A stretch of DNA of 64,000 nucleotides, from the NCBI RefSeq assembly GCF_006345805.1, contig NC_042998.1:190712001-190776000 (forward strand). The letters are read 5' to 3'. Shown one piece after another: positions 13,006-29,669 of the stretch (its first letter is position 1; each line of letters starts with the position of its first letter). The notes under the pieces are model-generated. The model did not search any database. It saw only the letters and a list, made by a program, of their open reading frames with translations, and was not told where the DNA came from. Origin of the DNA: Octopus sinensis (Eukaryota). Position numbers and translations under genes: made by a program.

Positions 13006-13740
13006 TATATCTATATATATATATTATATATATATATATGTATATATATATTATATATATATTGTTCACACACAAGCCACATATTAATGCACACATGTAT
13101 TGATATGTGACTAAAAATATGTGCGTATATGTATATGTTTCTATGCATAAAGGTAAGATATTTAAAGGTCAAATGTCAGCTCTACGATTTGACCCTATTT
13201 TAAATAAAAAATAAAGCTTGTAGAGCATATAAGCTAGTTTTCCTTTCGAATTGGGGCTCTAAATAACTAGGAAATTGTGCCTTGTTTCAGTCTGGCTTCA
13301 AATATATTGGAAACTAGGGTTGCAAGGCATTTCACTCTACATCGATTTCATTGTATTGTAACTGTGTAAGGGGAGTATAAACCTATGTATACTCACCCAA
13401 ACATACCCACTCATATGCATTCAAACACACATACACGCTTACACATACAAATACACATTCATTTACACTCATTCACAAAAGCATAAACACTCATTCACAC
13501 ATATACACACATGCACATATACATATATAGATATATACGTATTTCTATATATATCCATATATGTGCAACACATTCATTCATATGCACATGCTTTTATATA
13601 CGTACATATATGTACAAACATATCCATGTATATACATATGTAAATATATACCTATGTACATGAATAATATATATATATATATATAAAGTATGTGCATATG
13701 TATATACATGGGAGTATTTCTATGTGTTTGTGTGTGTAGT

Positions 13741-13789
<49 letters not shown>

Positions 13790-14709
13790 TTATATGTATA
13801 CATATATATAAATATATATATATATGTATACATATATGTTTTTATATGCTAGTGCATATTCTACAGAAAATGTATATATAGTAAAATATATGTATCATCA
13901 ACTTCATCCTCATCCCCCTTTAGCATCTTCATCATCCTCATCATTATCTTCATCATAACTACTATTGTCATTATCATCAACAACATGATCATACTCCTCA
14001 TAGTTATCACCTTATTATTATCATCATCATCATCACGATCATAATCAAAGTTATTGTATTGTCATCATCATGGTTATCATCATCAGCATCATCGATGTCA
14101 TCGATGTCATCATCACCACTGTTTGTTACATATCACTTTCCATGGAAGCATGGTTTCATTTTCTATCAACCAATGATAAAAAAAAAAACTCAATATAATA
14201 TTATGGGACTATACAGTATATTTGCATACATTAATATTTCTGGAGTAAACAGTATTGTACACTTGTCTTATAATGGTTATATCAGCTGTGTTTTAATAGA
14301 TAGTTGTGGCTATACATACATAAACACATACATACATACCTACATACATACATGTTTATATAAACATACATACATATTTATACATACATTCATATATATT
14401 ATATATATATTTAGATATAGATATAGATATAGATATAGATATATGTATATATGTATATGTATATGTATGTATAGATATAAGTGTTATATGCATAAATTAG
14501 CTCCTGGTGACTAATGTATATAGTTAATTCCCACCTGCTCGCATATTTGGCAATTATTCTCTTTGTATGTTTCTCTGTATATACATACAATGATGTATAT
14601 GTGTATCTGTGTGATGTGTTTGCATGTATATATATATATGTATAAATATATATGTGTATATATATATTTATGCATTATATATATGCATGCACACAGATTA
14701 TGTGCATAT

Positions 14710-14779
<70 letters not shown>

Positions 14780-14826
14780 GTATCTATATTTATATATATT
14801 GTATACATACATGTTTACATACATGA

Positions 14827-14865
<39 letters not shown>

Positions 14866-14885
14866 TACACACAACACTCACATTG

Positions 14886-14919
<34 letters not shown>

Positions 14920-15616
14920 ATATATATATATCCACATATATATGTATGTACACCCAGGGGAATTTGGTTGACCTTTGTTAATTGTCCAACAGATGCAATT
15001 ATCATGTGACATCATGTCTAAATTGAATTGAAAAGCAAAATCATCAACAGATGACCAAGGACATACAAATGTAGATACTCTACTCACTCACACTGAGAGA
15101 CACTAATACTACACTCACACTCACACTCACATCTGTTCAGCATTCAGCTACATCACTAAGTACCTCATTCATCATTTATCTTGTGAAGTTTTACATCCCA
15201 AAGATGAATTGGCTCTGAGGTTACATATTCAAACTCTGAGTAGGTCTGTCAGAATAGGCAAAACATTGTAAAAGCTTAAAAGTAATTAACATATTTTTTA
15301 ATTATTTCACTAAAGGGAGCTTCAGAACTTGAGTAGTTGCCAGTTTCTATTTTGAGAACAAAATTGCAAAAACAAATGTTACTTGATATAAACACATACA
15401 AACACATTTGTATATATAAGTACATGAACAGGCATATTTGTATGCATACATATGTACTTGTAATGTATGTGTGTATAACTATAGATGTAGACATAAATGC
15501 ATTCACACACATACACACACACACACACATATATAGCCTTATATACCCAGGAAGACACATATATGAATATTGATAGATGTATGTGTGTATGTGTTTATAT
15601 ATATACATGCATATTA

Positions 15617-15653
<37 letters not shown>

Positions 15654-15697
15654 ATAATATATATATATATATGTATGTATGTATATATATATATATG

Positions 15698-15744
<47 letters not shown>

Positions 15745-18166
15745 TATATATATATATATATATATAATATGCATGTATATTTATACTAACTTGTAGACAT
15801 ATATACATACATCTCTATGTATACACACATATATACACACACATATGTATGCACAGACACATGGGTATGTATAAATCTCCTGAACATATATTTGCATATG
15901 TGTACCAACATTGATTGCTTAAATGAAACATGCGGTCATTTATACAGTCAGTCGTGTATATAACTTCAAAGGAGCCATCAATGTATGTATTTAAAATTAA
16001 TAAAGCCATTGTTAATTCTAACTGCTGAAAAAGAATTATGTGTAAGATGATATATTGTCACATGCATATCATAAACGTTTCATTCTGCGAATAATTCTAT
16101 TTCCTGCATATACATCGATGCATATTTTAATTTGTATGTTTTTATGTGTATAAAACCACACACGCATTCTCTCAGTACATGTATGTATGTTATGTATGTA
16201 TCTATGTGCATATGTGTGTGTGTGTTTGTGTGTGTGTGTTTGTGCACAGCTCATTTGACTGGTATATTTATGAAAAGTATATTTACCTGCGTATATACAC
16301 ATACATGTATCTGTATATACATATAAATATATATACGTAGACATATATACATATGCATACATATATATACGGAAATGTATACATATACAAACATACATAC
16401 ATATATACATATATATATAAGTACATATATATATATATGTATGTATATATATATATATATATGTATATATATAATGCTTTGCAATAATATACCAAATAGT
16501 AGGATCTTTCATGTCAACCAACATGTTTTACCTACAGTTGTTAGACAACTTCCGATAGGTTGATTTCATTAGCTTCCTCATGGAATTTCAAAACAGATTT
16601 TTGAGTAATATTACTGTCATTTTCTGAAGTAGTCTATATTTTATCTCACCAATATTTGTAGACTTCAACTTAATTTTTTTTTCATTTTTCTTTTTTAAAA
16701 TTTCATTTGTAATCATATTTTTCTCTATTCACTTGCACTCCGTTTTTTTTTTTTTTTTTCCATAAAGGTTTTAGTTTACTGTTTCTGAGGGCACTTACTG
16801 GTAGAAATTTATGCATAATTATATATAAACTAATACAAAAGTGGTAGAACTTGTACATATGATTAACAATAATGTTTAAATAAGAAAGTTTACATTGGTT
16901 TTGCATCAATGAAAATATTAGACCCTTTTCTTAAGAAAAAAAGTCATGAAAACAAAGAAATGGTTTCTTAGAAAAAAATAATTTGGAGATTTTTTGTGTT
17001 TCTTTTGTTCTTTTTTTCTTTGCTATTCAAAAAGAAAAATAACAAATCCTTTTAAATTGTTTCAAATTCTTTTTCATTTTTCTCTAGCATAGTTACAATG
17101 TAAGGGAAATAGAAAAAAGTAATAACAGTATTGGGAAAGCTTTCAATAGAAACAAACAAATATTGCATGGAATGTTATTGAAAAATTGAAAATATAAAAA
17201 TAATAAGAATAATAAAAGAGAAAATTTAAACAAGAAATAAAGCTATATTTTGTGTAACTGTGGTTAAGTGTTAAGAATTGAAACACACACAAGGTGACTA
17301 ACCTTTGAGAGAATGTAGATTTGGGAGGAGAAAGGAGTAGGAATGTAATTAAAAGAAAGACTATAAAAGATAAAATTCTTGCAGGAGGAAAAAAAAAAAA
17401 GAAAAAGAGTTAAATTTACACATAAAAGTTTTAATAATGGACCCTGATATAAAAAGAAAAGTTTTATTAGAAGCTATACAGCAGGTTGTATTGGTAATGT
17501 TTTAGCTTATAATAGTCAGGGTATCAAGTTGTTGATATTGACTAAAATCTGTTAAGTTTCCCATAAGGTCTCATAATAAAAATTATACAAAAAAAAAGAG
17601 AAAAAAAAACGAAACAAAAAATAAATAAAATAAAAATAAAAAATTCAAAAGCAGAAAAGAATCCATTTGTAATCTATTTGTTTATTATTATAATTGATGA
17701 AAATAAAAGTGAATACTTAAGATTCACACTGTTGGTATTTTAATAGAGGAATGTATAGAGCGAAATGTATTTAGATGCTATCTACTTTATAATAAGGTAT
17801 CTGACTCTAACTGCAAGGTAAGGTACACATGAAGTCATCTATAAGATTGCATCAATAAAGGATTTAAAAAAAATGTGATTACTTAATTTCTTATTGTACT
17901 AAATATAGATTAGGTTATGGAATTAATTTTGACTGAATTTCCCATTATTGTGTAAAGAAAATCAGCATTTATGTTATTTGTATATCTGTTTGCAAGAATG
18001 CAGAATTCTATAAGTATAATTCCACATATTTCGCATCATTTTGGTTTTTGCTTTCACTGTCAGCTCTAATGTAAGTATATACATGCATATATATGGAAAC
18101 TTGAATTTACATAAATAAGATATACATATATACATACATGTAGATATATATATATATATATGTATG

Positions 18167-18237
<71 letters not shown>

Positions 18238-18406
18238 GTATATATATATATATATATAATACACACATACATGTATATGTGTAAATATATATACATATGC
18301 CCACACATCATCATCATCATCAACAACGTTGTTTATGACTATATGTATATATGTAGATATATATGTGTATGTGTATATATATATATTATATGTATATATA
18401 TATGTA

Positions 18407-18441
<35 letters not shown>

Positions 18442-18569
18442 GTACATATTCATAGACGTATAGACACACAGATACACACACGTATATAGTAAACTTATAT
18501 GAGTATATGAATACTTATATGTGCATATATATGTATATACACATGCACATATTTGAAGATTTGTAGTTA

Positions 18570-18631
<62 letters not shown>

Positions 18632-19189
18632 TACAATAATCAGCATGTAATGACATACCACTGCATATACTAGTGAACAGATATACTGTGGATATACTAG
18701 TATACATGTATGTATGTTTGTAAATACCTACATGCGAATGTATGCAAATATCTATATATAACGAGGTATATATATATTTATTAGTATGGGTGGAGTGATG
18801 TGTTTATAAACAACTACTTATATATATATATTTATGTATATATTTGCTTCTCATCATGTGTATGTGTTCACTTTTTACACACACACACACAACACAAATA
18901 TATGCATGTGTATATGTATACATTATGTTTTTTTATAAAGGTTTTTAATATGCAAGACATTTGGTATAATGGTATGTGTAAATATATATTTTAATAAGCA
19001 TTTACCACAATCACTCACACACTCATATATATATATGCATAAACATACATTTGTACATATGTATACTGATATGTGCATATATATATATATACACACACAC
19101 ACACATTTATGTATATAATTATGTATATATGTATATAAATGTATATATCTACATAAATATATGTGTATGTGTATATATATATATGTGCA

Positions 19190-19232
<43 letters not shown>

Positions 19233-19280
19233 TAATGAACAGCTATATTTTGATCCATATAGTTTTATATATATTTCCCT

Positions 19281-19337
<57 letters not shown>

Positions 19338-20303
19338 GCACCTTATAATTGTTGTAGTAATAGTACTGCCCCAGTAGTTGAAGTAGTAGTAGTATTGTAC
19401 TAGTTGTAGTAGTAGTTGTAATAACTAATATCAACTATTAATTTTTCTACAATCATTTTGCAATTATTAGTAAATAAAGCTGATTTTCTTTATATCAAGA
19501 TATCAACTGTCAGGATTGAAGAGGGGAAGAGAATTTTAATTTATTTCTTATCTTAAGTTTTTTAAAAAATTTTTTTACAAGCCTTTTTAATATTTATGTC
19601 AGATTTATTTGCTGATAACTAATGTTATACGATGTATGTATTTATGTCTGCGATTCTTTCTATTCAGAAACCACTTTTATTGAAGATACGTTCTATTGTC
19701 ATAGTCCAAATTAATCTTCAAATAACAAACATTAAAACAATTCATTTGTAGATTGAAACAGTACAGACTTGTTTGCAATGTTTTAAATTATTTTCAAAAT
19801 ATTCTGTTGAACAATTTTCTTTGTTTCATTACATGAGCATTCATTCATGAAGCCGTATTTTGGATCAAGGTATCCTATCAATTCTCACAAATTATATGTA
19901 TATTCAGATATATGCAAATATATGTGTGTGTATGTAAATATTATAAATATATAATTACATATGTATTTGTTTTTGTTTAAATACATATGCTGCATATATA
20001 TATATACTTTCTTATAATACGTACGTACTGTGTGTATATATATATATATATATATGTGTGTGTATGTGTGTATATATGTATATATATTGTCCAAATCACA
20101 TGTAGAATTAGTATGCCAAATTTTAACTCCTTAAATAATTCTGTTAATGATTTTAACGGACTATCATTAAATATATTTAATAGAATAAAACAAAAAGAAA
20201 AAAATGTTTTACAATTAAATGTAATTAAATTATATGCAACAGAAATAAACCACACTTGAAAACTAAATAAAAGTTTCTTGATTCATGGGTAAATGCAATT
20301 TTA

Positions 20304-20364
<61 letters not shown>

Positions 20365-20382
20365 TATATGTATATATATATA

Positions 20383-20442
<60 letters not shown>

Positions 20443-20530
20443 ATATATATATGTACACATATATGTATATATATGTATGTATATATATATATTATATATA
20501 TACGTATGTATATATATATATATGTGTGTG
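12300..20530. repeat. Region dominated by (TA)n/(CA)n/(TACA)n low-complexity microsatellites
   Basis: Directly visible; the source of the YIYIYI-type ORFs. Confidence 0.9.
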
Positions 20531-20894
20531 TATTTGCATACTCTTTCTGCTTCTTATAGATGATAACAGCTTTGCTTCCTCTACCCCTATGTATTAAATA
20601 AAATTTTAAATATGATATATCATAAAATAGTTTAGTAGTTTTGTTTGATAATTGTTCTGCTTTTACGCCAAAAGTAAGTATCAACTTTACTTCTGCTTAC
20701 CAGCATGGTTTTGTCTACATGCTATATATTTATAACATCTCAAATTTTCATTTGAAATCAAAGGGGCAACATAAAAGAAATTGTCAGTTTCCCTTAAAGA
20801 AAAATAAATAAAAAAAATAAAGAAAATGTAAATGTATGTAAATGTAGGTTTTAATTTAAATTTTATTTGGTATATATATATATATATATATAAT

Positions 20895-20937
<43 letters not shown>

Positions 20938-23279
20938 TATATATTATATATATGTATTATATATATGTATTACATGCATATGCATAAATAAGAACTTATA
21001 TATACATGAATATGTAAGGATTGGTTTTATATGTGAAGAATATTTATAATGTTACATGCTGATATTGGAATATTGTTTTATTTTTGCTTTTTTAAAATTG
21101 TTATTATTATTATTATTGTTATTATTGTTATTATTATTATTATGATTATTATGTGACATCATGTAGATAATATGTTGCTTCATGCTTTATAATAGAAATG
21201 TGTCACTATGTTACGTCCTACATATAGTCTCCTGTATAGGGTATTGTTTCAATGTTTGGCATATTTATGGTTCTCTATGTAAAGTATTATAATATTAGTG
21301 TTTATTCTGGCAATATTCCTCTATGTAATCTAATATGATTGTTCTACTACGGGTCCTCTATATGTATTTATGTTTTTATGATAGTATTATTTGTCCTATC
21401 ACTCGTCTTCTATTCAAGGTGCTATGATCTTCATATTTGTTCTGGCAATTGTCTTCTACATAGTATAACGATTTGAAGGTTTGTCTTATTGAGGGTCCTC
21501 ATGTAAGTTATTACTGTTTGTTTTGTATAAGATATTACAAAATTAGTATTTTTCAAGTGTTAGCATTTTGTGTAAGAGAAAAATTGTTTCTAAGTAAATA
21601 CAGTAACTTATTTCAGTTATGAAGAAAAGGATTTGTACTTTATTATCATGTGTGCCTAAGTCAGAAATTATTACTGTTGTTAGAATGATCATTTTTATTA
21701 TTGGATAAAATGCATGTAATTCTTCTGTAATACTTACTAAATACTTATAATTATTTGTTTAGGTGTAGTATGAAGAAAAAACCAACAACAACATCAACAA
21801 CAACAATAACGATAAAGATAAAGATGAGGATAAGGATGATGTTTATGGTGGTGATCATGATGGTGATGACAACAACATTGATAGTGATGGAGATGAGATT
21901 TTGATGAGGTGATGAGGGTGGTAGATGATGATAAAGAAAACTTCTTATTCAGTCATAACAGAGAAACAGAGAGTGGTTGAGATGTTTATCCTGTCCTAAA
22001 TATTATTTCACAGATTCTAACCAAAAAACTCTCATCTGTTTACTCACAATCTAGTGTTATGCCACCATGTAACCTTCCACAAAATTCTTGTGATATCGAC
22101 AAGTTTTAAATTAGTCATAAAGCTTTTTAGCAAAGCAAGTAGAGTTAAGTTTCTTGTCTAATGAGGTAACACATATCTACAGCTAGGCTGCAAATTTGTA
22201 TCCAAGCTAACTTATTTGTTTGCTCATTGCCCCTTCTTGATCTTCTAATAGTAAAAATTAATAATAATAATCATAATAGTAATACTAATAATGATAATAA
22301 TAATAAGAATAAGAATATTAATAATCCTTTCTGCTATAGGCACAAAGCCTGAAAGGATGAAAGACAAAGTCAACCTCCTGTACTTGTCTGGTATTATATT
22401 TTTTTTACCCTTCCTTGAGAGAAATGAGAGGCAAAATTGACCTCGGCAGGATTAAAACTCAGTAAAGAGATGTAACAAAATTCTTCTTGGCTACCAATTA
22501 TGCCACATCAGCACCTTACTACTAATAATAGCTATTACTAATACTAATAATATTTAAGTGATAATGGGAATAATTTTAATGTTAATAATCACAGTAAATT
22601 CCGAATTTGCTATATCGATCAAAATTCTATAAAATAACCTTAAGCTTAGATAAATTGTACTCTTTTTTTGCTTACTTCTATAGTAATTTAAAAATGCTTT
22701 CCATCACATATGCATATATAGATACTACACATGTATGAATACACACTTATATATACATTGATATATATATATACACATACACATATTCTTTCGCTAGTTT
22801 CAATCACTAGACTTCAGCTATTCTTTGGCATCATCCCAAGGGTACAGCCAATGATATTCACTGCAGCACTTGACAGCTAGTTCTGATATTACCCTCAGAA
22901 AGAGGTCTACCTGAGTAGAATTTGAACTCAAAATGTTATGAGTCATAACTGAATGCCAGAAGGTATATTCTTTGAAACTCCAGTGATTATATATATATAC
23001 ATATAGATATTTATAAATGCATATATGTATACATAGAAAAACATATTCATATTAAGATGCACACTCACACATACACGCGCATGTATATGTACATATACAC
23101 ACACATGGAATGTATAACTATCTTCTGTCTTCACTGTTGGAGCACCACTGGAATCTCCTGTTGCATTAAGTGTACTAAAGGAGTAAATTACTATACATGA
23201 GCCAGCCCTTACACCTTACAACTGAAAACATTATGACTCCGAGTATACCTACCTACCTCCATTCACATAAAGATACATA

Positions 23280-23280
23280 G

Positions 23281-23375
<95 letters not shown>
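23280..23375. repeat. (TATC)n tetranucleotide array
   Basis: Directly visible. Confidence 0.95.
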
Positions 23376-23529
23376 ACTAAAGCAAATTTAAAAGGGTGGC
23401 TTATTAACAATTAGAACCTAAAGGGCAAAATTAATTAAGGTCACAGAAATGATGGAGGGTACTGACTAGCACCCCTTATGCTAAACTCTTATCTGTCTAT
23501 CTATCTATCTACCTACACAGACACACACA

Positions 23530-23570
<41 letters not shown>

Positions 23571-25390
23571 CATATATAACTGTTTAAATGATATACAATT
23601 GATGCATAATTGCATATGTTTATCGTCTGCAGATGTTAGATATGTTAAAGCCAGTAATGTAATTTGTGTAATTACCTTCACAATTATTAATATTATTATA
23701 ATTGTTTGTAATGCTATATTCATGTTCAGAGTTCAAATCCCTCTTGGAGTGAACTTTATCATTCATGTTACGGGAGCAATAAAACACTTATTCATATTGA
23801 TTCAAGTCAATTTTCGGATGACTTTGTGTCAAATTTTGAAGTCAGAGTCATTAGTCTCACCATCACAAACGCTGCAACTATTATGCTTTAGTAGTAGTAG
23901 TAGTATGCAGTGGGCCAAAAGAAGTTAACCCAGCAAGGATTTGCTCATCTTTAGTTCTCAAAATGAGTCTAAGAGAGGTGTATCACATGAATCACAAATG
24001 CCTATTAGATAAGCATGTGTCATGTAATCATTATTCTCTTCCGAAAAATCAAAAACATAAATTTTAAGAAAAATTAATAAAAACTGATGATTTCAGTCAA
24101 TAAAGGAAATCAGTTAGCTGGTACTACTACTGTTACTACTAGTGCACAATCATAAATGATTTTACTAGTACTAATGTTTTTCCTTGTCTGTTTCAATTGC
24201 TATAGCAGATCCCTCTGCCATGAAGTCCTAGAAGTATAAGTTGACAACAGCTAAAACTTAATATTTCATTCCATTATTTGCTTTAAATTGAGAGCTCATA
24301 TTTTGTTCATGATAACACTTGCAATGTAGTCTTTAAGACTAGTATTGTCTTTGCTCAGGGTTTCCTCACATAAGTTATTGATAAACCTTAGGATTTTCAG
24401 ACAACCATGTTGCCATTTTACTAATATGTATCTATGTATATAACCAAAATAGCCCCTAAAAGCTTCAAATGAATCCTTGTTTTGATGAAACTTCTAATTT
24501 CAGAAAGTTTGGGTTCTAGCTAGCCAAATTCTATATATTGTCACATACAGTTATATATATATATATTATATAGAGAGAGAGAGCATGTATAATTTGATTT
24601 ATATACACACACATCTCAAAATGCATGTCCTTGATATATATATATATGTATATATTTAAATCTTTGTATATATGTTGTTTTGTGGTAAATAATGTAAGCA
24701 GTATCCTTTATTATCATCATCATCATCATCATTGAAAGATGAAAAATATTTGGCTAGGGTCAATTTCAAGTAACTCATTTATAATAAATAATTAATAATA
24801 AATTCTAGAACAATAAATTTCTTTTTAAACAAGTTCATATCTAAATGCAGTGCTCCAGCATGGCCTTAGTCATGATGAATTCAAACAAACTAAAGGGCTT
24901 AACATATATATATATATATATATATGTATGGTACACTTTACTCTATCTTTTGACCTGAAATGCATCTTCGTGTATATTTTTCACACTGGCAGTGATAATA
25001 TTGACTAATATATTATTTAAAAAGAAAAACCCCCAAAACTAGCGGAAAAAACTGAAATTTACCAATGGCATAAATTTGGGGTGAGGAATTATTAGATAAT
25101 GTACTGAATACAAATAGACAAAAAAAAAAAAATTCCCAAAGGAAATTTCAGTAATGAAGAATTTCTTGCATGTGTCATTCAGAGCATCAGTCCTTAATTT
25201 ATGTTTATTAGGTTTATTAACTTACATTTACTACGAGATCTTGGACATGGGTTGTTTGTGAAAAGATGGTTATACTTTATGTATGATCATTCCACATGAA
25301 GCTTAGGGACGTTTTTCTTAGCTTAAATCAGCCTGACAGCCTCTGGCCATTTTGATGATGATGATGATGAAGGCAGGCAAATGACAGGTG

Positions 25391-25439
<49 letters not shown>

Positions 25440-25622
25440 TATTGAGTGAGAGAGCAGTGCATGCCATCAAAGTGAGACTGGGGTGAAATATACGAAGCCC
25501 AATATACCCATCATGACTACTCGTCTGATAAGGGTACACCAGGCACATGCATCACAACCACATGTGTGCGGCATGGTGATTTCATATCAAGATAAACAGC
25601 GCATGACCTTGCAGGTGGGGCC
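25440..25622 (-). mobile_element. Short copy of the same (ATT)n-associated repeat as 63130-63320
   Basis: Direct homology seen between the two loci; flanked by ATT arrays. Confidence 0.6.
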
Positions 25623-25656
<34 letters not shown>

Positions 25657-25762
25657 CATAATTATTATTATCATTATTATCATTATTATTATTATTATTA
25701 TCATTATTATCATAATTATTATTATTATTATTATTTTATTATTATTATTATTATTATCATTA

Positions 25763-25793
<31 letters not shown>

Positions 25794-25806
25794 CATTATT
25801 ATCATA

Positions 25807-25850
<44 letters not shown>

Positions 25851-25855
25851 CATTA

Positions 25856-25886
<31 letters not shown>

Positions 25887-25922
25887 CATTATCTTATTAT
25901 TATTATTATCATTATTATCATA

Positions 25923-25953
<31 letters not shown>

Positions 25954-26053
25954 TATTATTATTATCATTATTGTTATATTATTATTATTATTATATTATC
26001 ATTATTCTCATTATTATTATTATTATTATCATATTATATTATTATCATTATTA

Positions 26054-26090
<37 letters not shown>

Positions 26091-26208
26091 CATTATCAAT
26101 TATTATTATTATTATTATTATATTATTATTATCATTATTATTATTATTATTATTATCATTATTATCATAATTATTATTATTATTATTATCATAATTATTA
26201 TTATCATT

Positions 26209-26240
<32 letters not shown>

Positions 26241-26268
26241 ATTATTATTATTATCATTATTATTATCA

Positions 26269-26350
<82 letters not shown>

Positions 26351-26380
26351 CATTATTGTTATTAGAGGTAGTAATGGTGA
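25623..26380. repeat. Long interrupted (ATT)n/(ATC)n microsatellite
   Basis: Directly visible. Confidence 0.95.
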
Positions 26381-28214
26381 TGGTGACAGAAGTAGTTGGA
26401 GGAGGAGGCGAAGAGAGGTGCAGCAGCATTTGTGTGTGTGTGTGTGTGTGTGTGAATGTGTGGAGAGTGTGGATCAATAGTGAAAATACTAGCAGTTAGC
26501 AGTGTAGCTATACACTGCTGTTGTTTAGCCCAGGTCAGCTCTGAATGAGTCGACCTGTAATCAAGTATTTTCTAGCATTGAACGGCCATCATTTCACATA
26601 GACTACATTGTCTAATGTATTCTTTGTTTCAACATGGGGGAAGTGATTTGAAGAAGATTCGGTTATCAAGAGTGGTGGTGGCCATCGTGTTACTGTTAGT
26701 TGCTTGAGTGATGCTGTTGTTGTTAGCGATAGTGTTATTGTTGTTGTTTTTAATGTTGGTGATGTTACCATTAATGTTTAGTAGTAATGTGTTATATAGT
26801 TTAATCTCACTCTTATTATTGAGGCAATGGAGTATTGTTATTTTTGCTATATCTTTTTAGATTGTTACTGCTATTAATGTTGTTGTTGCTATTGGTATTA
26901 CTGGTAAAGTTACTGGGTATAAATGTAAAAAATATAAAACTTAGTGATGTACATGACAATGGCATAGGTATTAATCCAGTCATATCATCAGATTCGTTAG
27001 GCCCTACTTGAGCTGGGACCAGACTGTCCAGGATCTAGTTGACCTAAAATGTAACCCTCTTATAGGACCCCTCAGACTAATTTAAGTCCACACTTATCTC
27101 TTGCTTCTCTGTTGTTAAATGTACATGACACAAATTGCATCTCTCCCTTAATAACACTAATTTACTGGAAGTAAAATTGTCATTACTTCTGACTAGGTGA
27201 ACTTAGGCATTAATATATCCCAGCTTCCACTCACACTCACAAGAAAAACCAGCAGTACAACTGAACTTACTGATCTTATATAAATAATCTACCTGGCCAT
27301 TCAACTCTATTTTGTTTACTACAGTTAACTAATTTCATTGGGCTGGAAATGTTATCTCCTATTTGTTTGTATTCTACCGCAATAAACTATAATAACTATT
27401 ATTACTACCATCATCACGATCCAATGGTTCCATGTGAGTTTCTACTTGTGGTGCACCTGAGCACTGAATACAATAATTTCATTATTATTATTCATCACTA
27501 TATTTCTAATACATTTACTGTATTAATAAGCATAGAATTTTGTTTGTACAGTACATCTTGTTTGCTTTAGTCTGAGTTTTTGTTTTATTGCTTCTGGTGT
27601 TTCTCTAAACTTTACTCTATTTCTTGTGTAGAATGCATGTACTGTCTAAGTTCATCATCATCATCATAATCATCATTGTCATCAGCAAAGTGTCACTGAA
27701 CTTGTTAGTTATAACTATTTTTTGGCTACGCTCATAGATATACTAACTGTTTTTACTAGAATTGCAAATATTTGTAATTCTGTTAATAACTATGTGTGTG
27801 TGAATGGTGTCTGTAGCTATTATTATTCCTCTGGTCATATATATAATTTTATACTTTTACTAAATACAGTTGTGTGTTTGTGTTTTTTTCTTTCTTGAAG
27901 ATATGGAAAGAAACTAATTTTTGTCATGTTTCAAATGCTTGTAAATGTTTATTGATCGAGACATTAATATGTTTTAATATTGCTAATGGTAACAGTTTAA
28001 TATTCCAAGACAGGAATTCATGTGGCAGTAGTTGTAACAATAATGGGATTACTTTGACTATATACCATTTTGTAATCATAATGGCATGTCAATTTGGAAG
28101 GATGATAATATTAGGGTTACTAATAAACAAGAAATATTGCATTTTGTGTTGTAGCTATATACACCATCATTTTTAGCATCAGCCACATCATCAATTTATT
28201 ATCAGGCTTGTGCA

Positions 28215-28345
28215 TAATAATTTAATTAGCCAGAGTGTTATTGTGAGTTTTAGTGGCAACAAGTCTCCTCAAATCTTAAGAATCTTTCTCAGGATTCATG
28301 CAGAATATAGTCTTATAGGTAGCATTTTAGGTGTTGTACCAAATA
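28215..28345 (-). mobile_element. Degenerate R4/Dong-like LINE 3' end
   Basis: The minus strand translates to LYSA*ILRKILKI*GDLL, like the family's terminal 'ARILRRVL' motif. It is adjacent to (ATT)n. Confidence 0.5.
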
Positions 28346-28373
28346 CACCAGTCACCATGGAATATTATTATTA

Positions 28374-28425
<52 letters not shown>

Positions 28426-28705
28426 CATTATTTTTAATGTGTCTACCCTGTTACAAGATATTTTCTGAATCAGTGATTCTTTCTAAATCCGTCCAAGAGT
28501 GTGTAACTCTGCATCTATGTATATAGTGGCAGTGTCAACAAATATGATGGGTTGGTGGGTGGGTAAGTTGGAATCTCAGACCTCACACACTCTTTTGGTA
28601 ACTTTACACTTACTTACCAAAACTTCTAACAACTTCTGACGATGATGCATAAAATACCTATAGTGCAGTATTTAGTCATGATTGAGGGAATCACAATTTT
28701 TCAGT

Positions 28706-28736
<31 letters not shown>

Positions 28737-29205
28737 TATCAATCAATGCTTATCATCATCATAATTACTGCCAATAATGTTACCCTCACCAATTCCACAC
28801 ACTCAAACTAATACTGTCATCTTCATCATCAAGCATTATTATCATCATCAAAAAGAAACTCTATGCTACATGCAAAATACACGAGAGATCATTCTAAAAT
28901 CTATATATATATGTCTATGATATATCACAAATGTTTCTTGAGGTTTGGACAAATCAGCAAATACATTACTTAGGTTGTTTAATTTTATTGGTATTTTCTC
29001 TTATCACAGTCTTTTTGAATTTTGTTTAAAAAATCTTTGGTCAATTTCTTCCACTTTGGTTGCACTTGTTCACCTATTCAAATAATAGCACTGCAAATAC
29101 CTTTCTCTCTTCCAAACTATTCAATGATGAACCGCTACAAACTTCAAATATGCCTCTTTATTAATTTCAAACCCTATGAAATTCCTTATGCTAATGAGCC
29201 ACACT

Positions 29206-29266
<61 letters not shown>

Positions 29267-29281
29267 CATTATTTTTATTAT

Positions 29282-29593
29282 TCCAACAAAAACTCGAATT
29301 TTGTGGGAACTTCTGGAGTCTTGCATGCTTAGTGGGCTTGCTACCTGCAGCCTATGGTACCATACTATCTGTTCCTTTCAACTATGTAATAATTTCCTGA
29401 TTATTCTGGCTGTGCCATAGAGGCAAACATTTTGTAACAGTTCTACTGGGCACTCTATTCCAATTTCCTTTATATTCCTCTTGATGCCTTCTGATATTGA
29501 CCCCAAGGATCCAAGAATAACTGGTGCTATCTTCACTTTCTTTATTTTCCACAGTCTAGCTACCTCGTATTTAAGGGGGCTGTATATGTCTAT
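29282..29593 (-). mobile_element. R4/Dong-like LINE 3' fragment inside a (TAA)n array
   Basis: Peptide YSPLKYEVARLWKIKKVKIAPVILGSLG...LLQNVCLYGTARIIRKLL. ATT repeats lie on both sides on the plus strand. Confidence 0.85.
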
Positions 29594-29604
29594 CATTATT
29601 ATTA

Positions 29605-29669
<65 letters not shown>

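Noticed and set aside
18004-18076. Possible plus-strand exon (CAG...AAT|GTAAGT, open frame [21 protein letters not shown])
   Set aside because: There is no recognisable homology and no partner exons, and such sites occur by chance in AT-rich DNA. It needs RNA-seq support.
12475-20684. Many ORFs rich in YI/IY, CV or TH repeats (also at 30-33 kb, 38 kb, 43-44 kb, 48-52 kb, 58-59 kb)
   Set aside because: They are translations of (TA)n, (TG)n and (CA)n microsatellites, which lack stops in some frames. They contain no protein motifs.
25483-26480. Poly-I/Y/L/N ORFs
   Set aside because: Translations of (ATT)n arrays.
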